64,000 nucleotides of DNA from Octopus sinensis (taxonomy: Eukaryota), in NCBI RefSeq assembly GCF_006345805.1, contig NC_042997.1:162750001-162814000 (forward strand), given 5' to 3'. A program made the translations under genes and the position numbers. The notes beneath the pieces are model-generated. The model saw only the letters and a list, made by a program, of their open reading frames with translations. It was not told the DNA's origin and searched no databases. This document shows, piece after piece, positions 1-10,665 of the stretch (its first letter is position 1; the number at the start of each line of letters is the position of its first letter).

Positions 1-656
1 AAGAAGAAGAACGGAACGAAACGAACGAATCGAATCGAATCGACGCGAGGGCGCTGTCAAACAATAGTGTAATAAATAAAATATATGCATACATACAAAC
101 ATATATGTACGTACCTACATCTACATGTACATATACATGCATATATAAATACTCCGTCTAAGCCAGGAAAAAGGCCTTTCGTTTGTTTTCTTGTTTATTT
201 TTATTTCTCGTATTGTTTTTTCTTGTACATGTATTTTTATCTTGTAATTTATTTTGTATTTTTATTTGTATCGTTTTCACGTCCTGTTTGGGTTACATTT
301 TATTTTTTTCTTTCTTGTTTTTACCCCTCTGCGAAGTAATTTTATTTTAATTCTCTCGCAGGAAGGGCTAGTTTCGACGAGTCGTGTTCTGTCTTACCTT
401 CGAAACACGCTAGAGTCGAACTAGGGACAGCTGATGAAGGGGATTTTTCCTTGTGTAGTTCGTCTTGTACTCTTTTCTGTTGTAAAAAAATGGTTTGTTC
501 CATGCTTGTTTTTCCGTTTTCGTTTCTCGTTGAGTTCTACGTCTAGTTGTGGTGTCCTGTACTTAGGTATATATTTATATATGCATGTATATGTACATGT
601 AGATGTAGGTACGTACATATATGTTTATATGTATGCATATATTTTATTTATTCCAC

Positions 657-660
<4 letters not shown>
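1..660. mobile_element. Short non-coding Penelope-like (pLTR-type) element with inverted arms and an internal hammerhead-like motif
   Basis: 64-151 and 572-659 are reverse complements (88 bp, 2 mismatches). The ~420 bp interior carries CTGATGA (431-437) and CGAAAC (401-406). Assignment to PLEs is inferred from the hammerhead motif plus inverted-arm architecture. May extend left of the window. Confidence 0.55.
368..443 (+). ncRNA. Candidate hammerhead ribozyme, non-circularly permuted strand order
   Basis: Stem III CGTGT(383-387)/ACACG(405-409); NUH triplet GTT(386-388); stem I CTGTCTT(389-395)/GGGACAG(424-430); core CTGATGA(431-437)+A; stem II GGGG(439-442)/CTTC(398-401) with two G-U; GAAA(402-405). 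Outer helix 368-378/415-424. Confidence 0.5.
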
Positions 661-688
<28 letters not shown>

Positions 689-734
689 GTGTGTGTGTAT
701 GTATATATATATATATTATATATTAAATATAATA

Positions 735-766
<32 letters not shown>

Positions 767-829
767 GTATTATATATATGTATGTATATATATATGTATT
801 ATATATATAGGAAAGTTTACGAAAAAAGC

Positions 830-992
830 AAAAGACGAAGACAGGTGATGTACAAAACAAACAGATGTATTATTATAACGCTCAGGATAGAAAAAGTCTT
901 TTACGTTTCGAGCCTACGCTCTTCTACAGAAAGAGACACAGAAAAAACAAGGAGAGAAAATAATGTGTGTAGTGGCTAACGATCTATCATGG
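830..992 (-). mobile_element. Short PLE-derived repeat (family A) with minimal hammerhead-like motif at 897-934
   Basis: Reverse-complement homolog of 8870-9075. The minus strand reads TCTTT-CTGTAGA-A-GAGC gtag GCTC-GAAACGTA-AAAGA. Confidence 0.6.
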
Positions 993-1026
993 CGACTACA
1001 TATATATATATATATATATATATGTG

Positions 1027-1064
<38 letters not shown>

Positions 1065-1564
1065 TTCCACCAGGAACACATTGATTTCAAATTTTTATCC
1101 TTTTCGGATTCGTAGTTGTTGGTACGTTATCACAGTTTGGTCTCTGTGCGACGACTGTAACACAGAATTGTCGATTGAATAATAAGGTTAAAGTTGATAA
1201 CTGGCAAGAAGACATTTAAAGTATTTTGGCCAAGCTAACACGGCTTAATCAACACAAGTGCTACATAGTGAAACTAAATGAAAAGGTTAAACAACGAGAT
1301 TAGATCAGCGAAATTTCAAAAATATTTTAAACAAACGATGTTTTTTTTGTAGATTCTTTATTTGATTAATTTAAAGATTTTACGGATGCAAATATTCGCC
1401 GACACTATATTTATGCATACATGCATATATAGATACATGCGCGCGTGCATACATACGTACCTTACATACAAAACGTCATATACGCATGCTTTGATCTAAT
1501 AGATCTAACATCCACAATGGCTCACACAGGTACACACAACACACACACAAGCACACATACACAC

Positions 1565-1595
<31 letters not shown>

Positions 1596-1809
1596 TGTAT
1601 GTATGTATGTTTGTGTGCCCCTCTCTCTCTCTCTCTCTTTCTATATATATATATAAACGCAATTATACATTCACACTCATATACATACATGTACATAAAT
1701 GTGTGTGTGTGTGTATATATGTATATATATATATATATATATACATACATACATATATATATAAATACACACACACATACACTCATATATATATATATAT
1801 ACACAATAT

Positions 1810-1853
<44 letters not shown>

Positions 1854-2361
1854 CGTATGTATACATACACACACTATATGAATATGGATGATGCGTCTGT
1901 CTGTGCATGTGTTTAATATCTATGTGTGTACGTGCGTGCGCGCGTGTGTTTCTATGAGAGCGCAGGCGTGCATGTGTGATTGAGTGCGTGATTGCAATGA
2001 AGCAATTGAGAATTGTTTTCTCAAAATTCTTAACTTTTACTGCAAAGTTCACAGTGTCTTGAGAAAAAAGAGAAGAAAAAAAAGCTAAGACAAACAAACA
2101 AACAAACAAAGCAAAAAACAACTGCAGCAACAAGATTTACATTTTCTTAGTAAAACTTAGTAAAATATGGTGGTGTTAGTGGTGGTGGTGGTGGTGTAGT
2201 GCTGGGTAAAAAATGTCAGCAGTAAGAACAAATATGAACTGTTTGACAATGTAATTGAAAATTGCTTTGTATAGGATGGTAGTGTACCTAGACCAATAGA
2301 TTTGAAGACAAGTCAAATACGCAATCACTTCTAGGATAGCAGCAGCAGCGCGGCAGTAGTA

Positions 2362-2409
<48 letters not shown>

Positions 2410-3011
2410 CAGCAGCAGCATATATATACGCAGTGAGAAAGAGGCGAAACAGGTAGGAAAAAAGAATGAAGATTGTAAGACAGAAGAGAAGAAAAAAACA
2501 TAGAAAGAACGGAAGAAGAAAAAATGGGAGAAAAGGGGGAAAATGTATAGAAGGAAATGATAGAAGGGAGGAAAGAAGAAAGAATGAGTTATAAATAGAT
2601 GGAAGGAATGAAGAAGGAAGAAAAAGAAGAAATAGAAAGGAATGAAGGATGAATGATGATAGAGAGAAACTGAGAAGAATAAATGACAGAAAGGAAGGGA
2701 AAAATGAAGAAACAAAGATATAAAGAATGAAAGAAAAGAAGAAAAATGAAAGATGGAAGGAAGAAAGCAACTAGATTGAAATTTATTTCCTTTTCTTTTC
2801 CCTCTGGCATTCTTTTCCATTCCCTCCTATGAGTTACTTCCCTTAGCGTGACGCGAAAGGTAGGTAGGTAGGAACGTACTATCATATTAATGTATAGATT
2901 GTGACACACACACATACGTATAAATATATATATATATATAATTATAATATATATATATATATAATATATATATATATATAGATATAATATATATATATAT
3001 ATATATAATAT

Positions 3012-3410
3012 CATTCAAAACTGTTTAATTCTGATTCCGTGCTACTTCAAGTTTCAAAGTTCCTTTTTCATCAGGTTGATAAGAATCCGATGCTTACCAG
3101 CCTACATACATATGCTTACATACATAGATACATACATACATACATACATACATACATACATACGTGTGTGTGTGTGTGGTGTGTGTTACGGCAGTGCCAC
3201 AGTTAGGGGCTTCGAAACTTGAAGTAGCATGGAATCCGAATCAAACTGTTTTGAATAATACATGTAACTCCTAACAGATGTATTGAGTGCCCTTTCTTAC
3301 GTTTGTATCCCATTCGTGAGGGATCGATGCTAGATGGGTCGAAAGAATCGTAGTGGTTAATAAAAATTCTCGCGTCTTCTGTCTTTCGTCTCTCATTAAC
3401 CATATACACA
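3012..3410. mobile_element. Inverted pair of PLE-like pLTR fragments
   Basis: 3012-3060 is the reverse complement of ~3208-3258. The minus arm (3012-3105) carries a hammerhead core, and the plus arm (3205-3410) carries only the GAAACTTGAAGTA half. Confidence 0.55.
3031..3089 (-). ncRNA. Candidate minimal (dimer-type) type I hammerhead ribozyme with intact core
   Basis: Minus strand: CGGATTC..caac-CTGATGA(3074-3068)-A-AAAG gaa CTTT-GAAA(3055-3052)-CTTGAAGTA-gcacg-GAATCaG. Quasi-palindromic stem III ACTT-G-AAGT, GUA cleavage triplet (3045-3043). Proximal stem I is weak. Confidence 0.5.
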
Positions 3411-3589
3411 CATACATACATACATACATACATACATACATACATACATACATACATACATACATACATACATACATACATACATACGTGTGTGTGTGTG
3501 TGTGTGTGTGTGTTACGGCAGTGCCACAGTTTGGCCACAGCTCTCGAGCTGAAACTACTAAAGAACAAAAAGCGTGTGTATGTATGCAT

Positions 3590-3860
3590 TAGGTTTATCG
3601 ATTTTAATATGCTACATGTAATACATTAATCGATTTTAATACGTTATACATATTAGATTATAGATTCTAGTATTTTATAACGTGTTAGGCTTATCGATTC
3701 TAGGAAAGTAGATATATTGAGTTTAGTGATTCTAGTATGTTAAATGTGCTTGAGTTATCGATTCTAGCGCATTTAATATATTAGATTTATCGATTCTGGT
3801 ATATTATATGTAATAGATTTATCAATTGCAGTATGTTAAATGAATAAGATTTATCGAATT
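3590..3860. repeat. Degenerate ~30-33 bp minisatellite
   Basis: About 9 diverged copies of the core agatttatcgattctagtatgttaaat. Confidence 0.7.
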
Positions 3861-3974
3861 TAATTTTTTAGCGTCAGCTGTCACTCGCGAAAGAGTATGA
3901 CACGGTAGCATGTACCATGCTTTCACTAATTGTGTTAGGTGCTCATGTAATCGCTAGCAGACGAATTAGAATTT

Positions 3975-4180
3975 TGGCACAAGGCCAGCAATTTCGGGGC
4001 AGGGGAAAAGTCATTTCATCGACACCAGTGCTCAACTAGTACTTCTTTTATCGACCTCGAAAGATGGAAGGCAAATTCGCGAAGTTGACCTCGGCGGAAT
4101 TTGAACTCAAAACGTAAAGACGGAAGAAATGCCTCTAAAGATTTTGCTTGGGATACTAATGATTCCGTCAGCTCACTGCT
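3975..4180 (-). mobile_element. tRNA-derived SINE (family M, MetaSINE-like central domain), old copy
   Basis: Minus strand carries ttctgagttcaaattccgccgaggtc..cctt(t)catc(c)tttcgaggtcgataa..agtac, shared with more than 10 copies in the window. Confidence 0.8.
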
Positions 4181-4654
4181 TTAGGCTGTATGAAAATAAT
4201 GCAAAGTATCGTCTGTCCCTCTAAAAACCTTGCTGTTAGTATTGATATTAAAATTAAATTGCTAAATTTCAGTAGTCTTTAACTTTACCCTGTGTATCAA
4301 TAAAAATGTTCCTGTCGTCAACAAACAAATTCGGCGATATATCCATTACGCCCAAAGCGTCACCACGTTAGGAACTTTTGTAAGAGCTTTCTTCATTATT
4401 ACATTGATTACTCGAATGAAAAATAGAAATGGAAGCACACAACCTTGTTTAAGGAATGTTAAAAAAATAGCTGGTTTTTTGAGCATTAATTTCCATTGAA
4501 CAAGCCGAATCGTTCGCCACACACTTGCAGTAGCAATCGAATAAGCATACTTGGTATGCCTTTAGCTTTACGACATTTCCAGATTACCATTTTATATATT
4601 CTATCTCATTCATCCTGCGGGCTGCGACCATAGAGAGGTACTGACAATAAAAGT

Positions 4655-4711
4655 GAAACAGGAGAACGTCTCGTTCTGCAGTCAAATACTCTACCACTGA
4701 GTTATACCCCC
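4655..4711 (-). pseudogene. tRNA-Cys(GCA) pseudogene or tRNA-Cys-derived SINE head
   Basis: Minus strand GGGGGTATAACTCAGTGGTAGAGTATTTGACTGCAGAACGAGACG matches the 5' two-thirds of metazoan tRNA-Cys, with anticodon GCA at 4679-4677. T-arm and 3' acceptor strand are not intact. Confidence 0.7.
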
Positions 4712-4944
4712 AACGCAATATATTATATGGAATGCAGCTTTAAAATCAATTTAAATTCGAAGCCGATTTTAGATTCTACCAATAAAGCACTTGGAAAACT
4801 GTACTCAAAGAAGTGTTCATGAATTAGAGAAGAAAAAAAAAACATTAAAGTTACAAATGTTGATGAAACAACATAGCAAATTGTTTAGTGTTGATTTATT
4901 TACTGCTCGCCCGACGTCAATTGTTAAGAATACGTACACTGAGA

Positions 4945-5282
4945 CCCCCTTCGGTCACGACACAGACCATGGGATTGCAGCTAGAAAGTTCCCCTCCCAG
5001 GCACAAGTCCGAGCAAGGTTGTTTATGGAAGACCAGCAGTCGCCCATGCATACCATCCTCCCCTCCTCACGCCACCAGTGTTATCCAAGGGAAAGGCAAA
5101 AGCCGATACAGCTTGGCACCTATGACGTCGCAACTCATTTCTACAACTGAGTGAACTGGAGCAGCGTGAAATAAAGTGTCTTGCTCAAGAACACAACACA
5201 CAGCCCGGTCCGGGATTCGAGCTCACAACCTCCTCACAATCGTAAGCGCGACGCTCTAACCACTGAGCCATGCGCCTTCACG
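4945..5282 (-). mobile_element. tRNA-derived SINE (family C1)
   Basis: Head gtgaaggcgcatggctcagtggttagagcg, B-box-like gagctcgaatccc, then gttcttgagcaagacactttatttcac. Head related to 8254-8560. Confidence 0.8.
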
Positions 5283-5417
5283 TACAATAAGGTTATTATA
5301 AAGTGATGAAAAGGCAGAAACAGTGTTACTGAAAACAACACAATATACAATCAATAGCATTATTAATTGAAAGGGGAATACGAATCAATATTATTTCTTA
5401 AATGAAATTTAAAGAAT

Positions 5418-5552
5418 ATTCTGTTCTACTCTAGGCACAATGCCCGAAATTTTGGGGGGAGGGGGAGCCAGTCGATTAGATCGACCCCAGTTCGCAACTG
5501 GTACTTAATTTATCGACCCCGGAAGGTTGAAAGGCAATGTCGACCGCGAAAT
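5418..5552 (-). mobile_element. SINE family M, 5'-truncated
   Basis: Central domain plus tail gggcattgtgcctagagtagaacagaat, as at 31088-31220. Confidence 0.75.
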
Positions 5553-5689
5553 TTAAAGAATATTAAATGAAAACAAAATCAAAGTGAGTACTCCGCTAGA
5601 AACTTTTTAGCCCTACATATGTCATTTGTGTTGGTAAAGACATTGTTTTTAAATGACATCATCATCATCATCATCTCTCTCCCTCTCTT

Positions 5690-5759
<70 letters not shown>

Positions 5760-5976
5760 TATATATAATATATATATATATAAAATAATATGTTACAATT
5801 ACTCAATAGTTAAGATAAAACTCTGAGTTTCAGATGCCGAAGTGGAAATCCACAACACCATCTCTTCGGTTATCTGGCCAGATAATTGTAACATATTATT
5901 TTATAGATAAATTTCCTCTATTTACATAATATTGAGGTCTCTTTCTTTTGTTATCTTACCGTTTTTACCAATATAC

Positions 5977-6074
<98 letters not shown>

Positions 6075-6075
6075 G

Positions 6076-6106
<31 letters not shown>

Positions 6107-6296
6107 TATATATATTATATATATATTATATATATATATATACATACACACATACACACACACATTGCTATTTGTTTTTATATCAAGCTATACATAAAAA
6201 CAATTTAACATGCATTGAAGAATGACTCAGTATTTTTATTAAAACTTTTAAAGAAGCGTGTGACAGTGACTTAGAAGATTCGGTCATCAATCCTTC

Positions 6297-6360
<64 letters not shown>

Positions 6361-6489
6361 CTATACACACACACACACACGTACACATGTAATACGCATA
6401 GCCATTGTCTTTAAGCTAATACCATAAATTTGTGACCTTGCGCTAATTTGAGAAATCACCATCATCCTCGCTGTTCCACTCGCCAGGCC

Positions 6490-6798
6490 CATTATTATTA
6501 TTATTATTATTATTATTTATTATTATTATTATATTATTATTATTATTATCATCATCATCATCATCATCATCATATTATTATTTTATTATTATTATTATTA
6601 TATTATTATTATTATTATTATTATTATATTATTATTATTATTATATTATTATTATTTTTATTATCATCATCATTATTATTATTATTACTATTATTGTTGC
6701 TATATTATTATTATTATTATTATTATGATTATTATTATTATTCATCATCATCATTATTATTACTATTATTATTGTTGTTGTTGTTATTATTATTATTA

Positions 6799-6829
<31 letters not shown>

Positions 6830-6879
6830 TATTACTATTATTATCATCATCATTATTATTATTACTATTATTGTTGTTG

Positions 6880-6946
<67 letters not shown>

Positions 6947-7030
6947 CATCATCATCATTATTATTACTATTATTATTATTATTATTATTTGGACACCTAC
7001 GATAGCGATCATGATAATGATGATAATAAC
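6490..7030. repeat. Compound (ATT)n/(ATC)n/(GTT)n microsatellite
   Basis: Directly visible. It is the source of the poly-Y/I/L ORFs. Confidence 0.95.
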
Positions 7031-7054
7031 GACAATTTTATTTCTTTATTTATT

Positions 7055-7330
7055 AAGACAGGAAGCTTCTGATTATTTTGAAGGGAAATGGGAAGACGTG
7101 ACGTCGCTACGGTGAAAAGAAGACGAAATTCAGAGAAGCCGGCCTGCGAAGTGAGTTGCTCTTTCAGTTGATGTTAACAGTAAGTATTTTCCTAATGAAT
7201 AGAGGTTGGTGGTAAGGAAAGCTAAAATAACTATAATCATGTAAAAAGGAACATCGAAAAGTTGGTGGGAAGTGAAGAGAAGGGAACGACACCGATTAGT
7301 GTATGGAAGCTAAAGGAAAACATCAGAACG
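7055..7330 (+). mobile_element. Possible highly decayed RTE-like LINE endonuclease fragment
   Basis: Scattered in-frame pieces DYF..KW, RLVV and VWKLK resemble the RTE APE C-terminus and linker. Many frameshifts. Confidence 0.3.
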
Positions 7331-7599
7331 GGATGCTAAAGTGGCTGACCCTTTCCCATTAAAAATGACCCCGGTTCGAGTGGACTGGATCCAGTTCTTT
7401 GGTTAAAAGGAATTGCTCCAATTCTATTCATTAGAGTTTCTAGTTTCGTATTTTCTCTAAAAAGGCCAGGCTGTCTTATGTCGCATTCTTTTGTCTATCA
7501 CCAAGTAGGATTTGTTTATTTTCATATTTTTATTAAGACTATTGTTTTTGTTTGTATTATTTGGATTATTATCGTACTATTTACTTTGACTGCTGTCCC

Positions 7600-8245
7600 A
7601 TTTCGATATATTGTTGCTGTGTGAGTGACCCATTTAATTGTTGTCTGTTGATTTATTGTATTTTATTATTGCTAGGCTAAATGTCCCATTTTATTTTATT
7701 GCTATTGTATTAGCTGTCCTATTTTATTTTCTTGTTGCTATGTTAAACGTCCTATTTTATATCAGTGCCGCTGTGTTAGTAGATGTCCCATTTTATTTTA
7801 TTGTTGTTGTATTGGTTGCCCTATTTTATTTTATTGTTGTTAAGCCAAATGTCCCATTTCATATCACTGTCGCTGTGTTAGATGTCCCATTTTGTTATAC
7901 TATTGTATTAGTTGCGCCATTTTATTTTATTGTTGTTATGTCAAATGTCCCATTTAATATCACTGTCGCTGTGTTAGATGTCCCATTTTGCTTTATTATT
8001 GTATTAGCTGCGCCATTTTATTTTATTGTTGCTAAGTCAAATGTCCCATTTTATATCACTGTCGCTGTGTTAAATGTCCCATTTGTTATATTATTGTATT
8101 AGTTGCGCCATTTTATTGTATTGAAGCTATGTCAAATGTCCCATTTTATATCACTGTCGCTGTGTTAAATGTCCCGTTTTATTCTATAGTTGCCCTATTT
8201 CATTTTAGTGAGGCAGTGTTAAATATTCCATTTTATATTCTTGTT
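7600..8245. repeat. Minisatellite with ~96-bp higher-order unit of three ~32-bp subunits
   Basis: aaatgtcccattt(c/a/t)atatcactgtcgctgtg recurs at 7847, 7943, 8039 and 8134. Related monomers occur at ~8575-8615 and 9180-9400. Confidence 0.85.
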
Positions 8246-8253
8246 GATGTTGT

Positions 8254-8562
8254 GAAGGCACGTGGCTTAGTGGTTAGGGCAATCGGCTCACGAAGGTATG
8301 AGCTCGATATCCACCAGTGCGTTGTGTCCTTGAGCCAGACACATTATTTCACGTTGCTCCAGGTCCACTCAGCTGGCAAAGTGAGCAGTACCTGTAATTC
8401 AAAGGGCCAGCCTTGTCACATTCTGTGTCACCCTGAATCTCCCTTGAGAACTACTTTAAGGGTACACGTGTTTGTGAAGTGCTCAGCCATTTGCTCGTTA
8501 ATTTCCCGACCAAGCTGATCGGATCAACTGGAACCCTCGTCGTCGTAAGCGACGGAGCGTTA
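8254..8562 (+). mobile_element. tRNA-derived SINE (family C2)
   Basis: Head gtgaaggcacgtggcttagtggttaggg; tail ggaaccctcgtcgtcgtaagcgacggag shared with 22980-23220. Confidence 0.8.
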
Positions 8563-8664
8563 GTTTTAATTTTCATTGTCGATGTTAAATGTGCCATTTT
8601 ATTATTATTGTTATTGTATTATGTTGTGTCTGGTGGGGGGGGGAGTCATTTTCTTTTTGTACCT

Positions 8665-9080
8665 TATAATTTAACACACCGTTAAAATTTCCACTTATTT
8701 CTTATTTTTATTTTCCAAAAAATTTCGTTGCGTCTTGCAACTTTTTCAATAGTCTTGAGTCTGACCGTTATTTACACTGCGTTTCTTTTTTGTTTGTTTA
8801 TGCGCATGTGTGTGTGTCTATACATGCATGTATGTATATATGCATGTGTGTGTATATATGTGTGTGTATGCCATGATAGATCAGTAGCCACTACACACAT
8901 TGTTTTTCTCTCCTTGTTTCTCTCCTTGTTTCTTTCAGTGTTCCTTTCTGTGGAAGAGCGTAGGCTCAAAACGTAAAAGCCTTTTTTCAATTCCTGAGCG
9001 TTATATTAATACATGTGTTTGTTTTTTACACCACCTGTCTTCGTCTTTTGTTGTTTGTTTTTTTTCGTGAATTCTCCCCA
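8665..9080 (+). mobile_element. Short PLE-derived repeat (family A), longer copy; hammerhead-like motif at 8944-8979
   Basis: CTTT-CTGTGGA-A-GAGC gtag GCTC-AAAACGTA-AAAG (G12 changed to A). Homologous to 830-992. Confidence 0.6.
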
Positions 9081-9834
9081 TATGTATATATGTATGCATG
9101 TGTGTGCCTCTGTATGTATGTATTCTGAATATTCATGTGCTTGCACGTCCGTGTTTGTGTGACCCAAATCCAAAAACGAAATGTTATTGTATTATATTGT
9201 TGCTATGTTAAATGTCCCGTTTTATTGTTGTCGTGTTAATTTGTCTATTGTTACTATGTCAGGTGTCTCAATTTATATTATTGTCGCTGTATTAGATGTC
9301 CCATTTCATTTCGTTGCGTCTGCGTTAGTTGCCCTATTCTATGTTATTGTTATATGTTGTCCAGTTTCATTTTACTGTTGGTGATAGATGTTATAGTCAA
9401 TTGAAAAAAAATGATGTCTGTATCTTATGTGTGTGTGTGTGAATATATATATATATACTTTTTTATTAAAGTTGTAAGTACATCACAACAAACTGGGGCT
9501 CGGAGTTTCACGTTCTCGTTCGTCGGACAGCAGTGACTACAACTGTTCGACGAATAAAAAAGCATGTTACCCTACCTTCGGTATTCGAGTACTATTTTTC
9601 CACTTTCTTTTGGATTTATGTGCTTACTCGTGTGTGTGTGTGTGTGCATGCGTGTGTGTGTGTGTGTGTGTGTGCTGCATGCATGCATGCGTGCGCGTGT
9701 GTGTGTGTGTGCGTGTTTAAAATTTATACCACTGTGAATACGATTATATTTACATGGAGAGAAATTTACGTTAAATATTTCGTCATCGATAAGTATGATC
9801 TTTGCAATTCACTTTCTTTTGGGTTGCCAAGCAT

Positions 9835-10400
9835 TTGGTTTTTTATTTATTAGCTCTTTTAATATCAATCCAAGTGCACCACATTCTTTTGATTTCTATC
9901 TTCAGGTTCTTATATTTGCTCAGTTTTATAAGCATTTCCAGAAATGTATTTTTGTAAGCTGAGGTTGCAATATCCATCGAAAGACAATTTTTTTCAGCAT
10001 AATTTTTCAAATTCACATCTGGTCGATCACAATCAGTTTGAACATAGAAATTCCAAAGGATGGTAACTTCAGCATTCTGGACAACTTGTGATTTATATTC
10101 CAGCCAATTCTCTTTGTGGGGAGGTTGTATATACCGCATATTGAGCAGTGTATGTACTGAGTTGCTCTTTCATGTCGTTGCAAGTATTTTGTAGGTGCCA
10201 GTCGGCCACATTGAGATATCATATTATTGACTGACTCTGGATGTTCTCCGCATATGCGATACGATAGGTTGCTTTCATGCTTCAGAACATTGTACTGGTA
10301 ATTCCTAGTTGGAAGGCACTCAATTTTATCAGCAATGATATACTTTTCGGTTTCCGGCACGAGACTCAAGGCAAACCTTGAAGGGAGGAGGCATGTTATT
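9835..10400 (-). mobile_element. RLE-type (R4/Dong-like) LINE C-terminal fragment, decayed
   Basis: Frameshifted translation gives CRICGEHPESVNNMISQC (CCHC knuckle), ILWNFYVQTD..RPDV..DIA and KLSKYKNLKIEI..MW (PD-(D/E)xK nuclease). Confidence 0.85.
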
Positions 10401-10411
10401 GATGAGGTCAC

Positions 10412-10665
10412 AAATAGATACGAAAGGACTTTAACAAGCAAACAACCAATTAATTGTTTAATCAACACATTAAACAAACGATAGATTAGTGAGTTGGTTA
10501 GATATTTAACCATTTGACTAACACTAAAGAAGTCATATTGGACCAGTGCGTATGTTTATTATCATTATTGGCGTAATAACCCACCCAAGACACAAGATTT
10601 GTTTCAACAGACGAATTCGCATCAAGAATCTTGCAAAACGAATATAATAACAAAGTATATCTTGA
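10412..10665. repeat. Unclassified ~250-bp dispersed repeat
   Basis: Reverse-complement homolog of 17190-17440. Confidence 0.7.

Noticed and set aside
4655-4711. Functional tRNA-Cys gene
   Set aside because: The T-arm/B-box and 3' acceptor strand are missing, so it is kept only as a pseudogene.
7088-7150. ATG..GAA|GTGAGT as a first coding exon (MGRRDVATVKRRRNSEKPACE)
   Set aside because: Lies within sequence that better resembles a decayed RTE-like endonuclease fragment, and there is no supporting downstream exon.
7638-8102. Hydrophobic membrane-protein-like ORF
   Set aside because: Coincides exactly with the 96-bp minisatellite, and the T-rich repeat explains the hydrophobicity.
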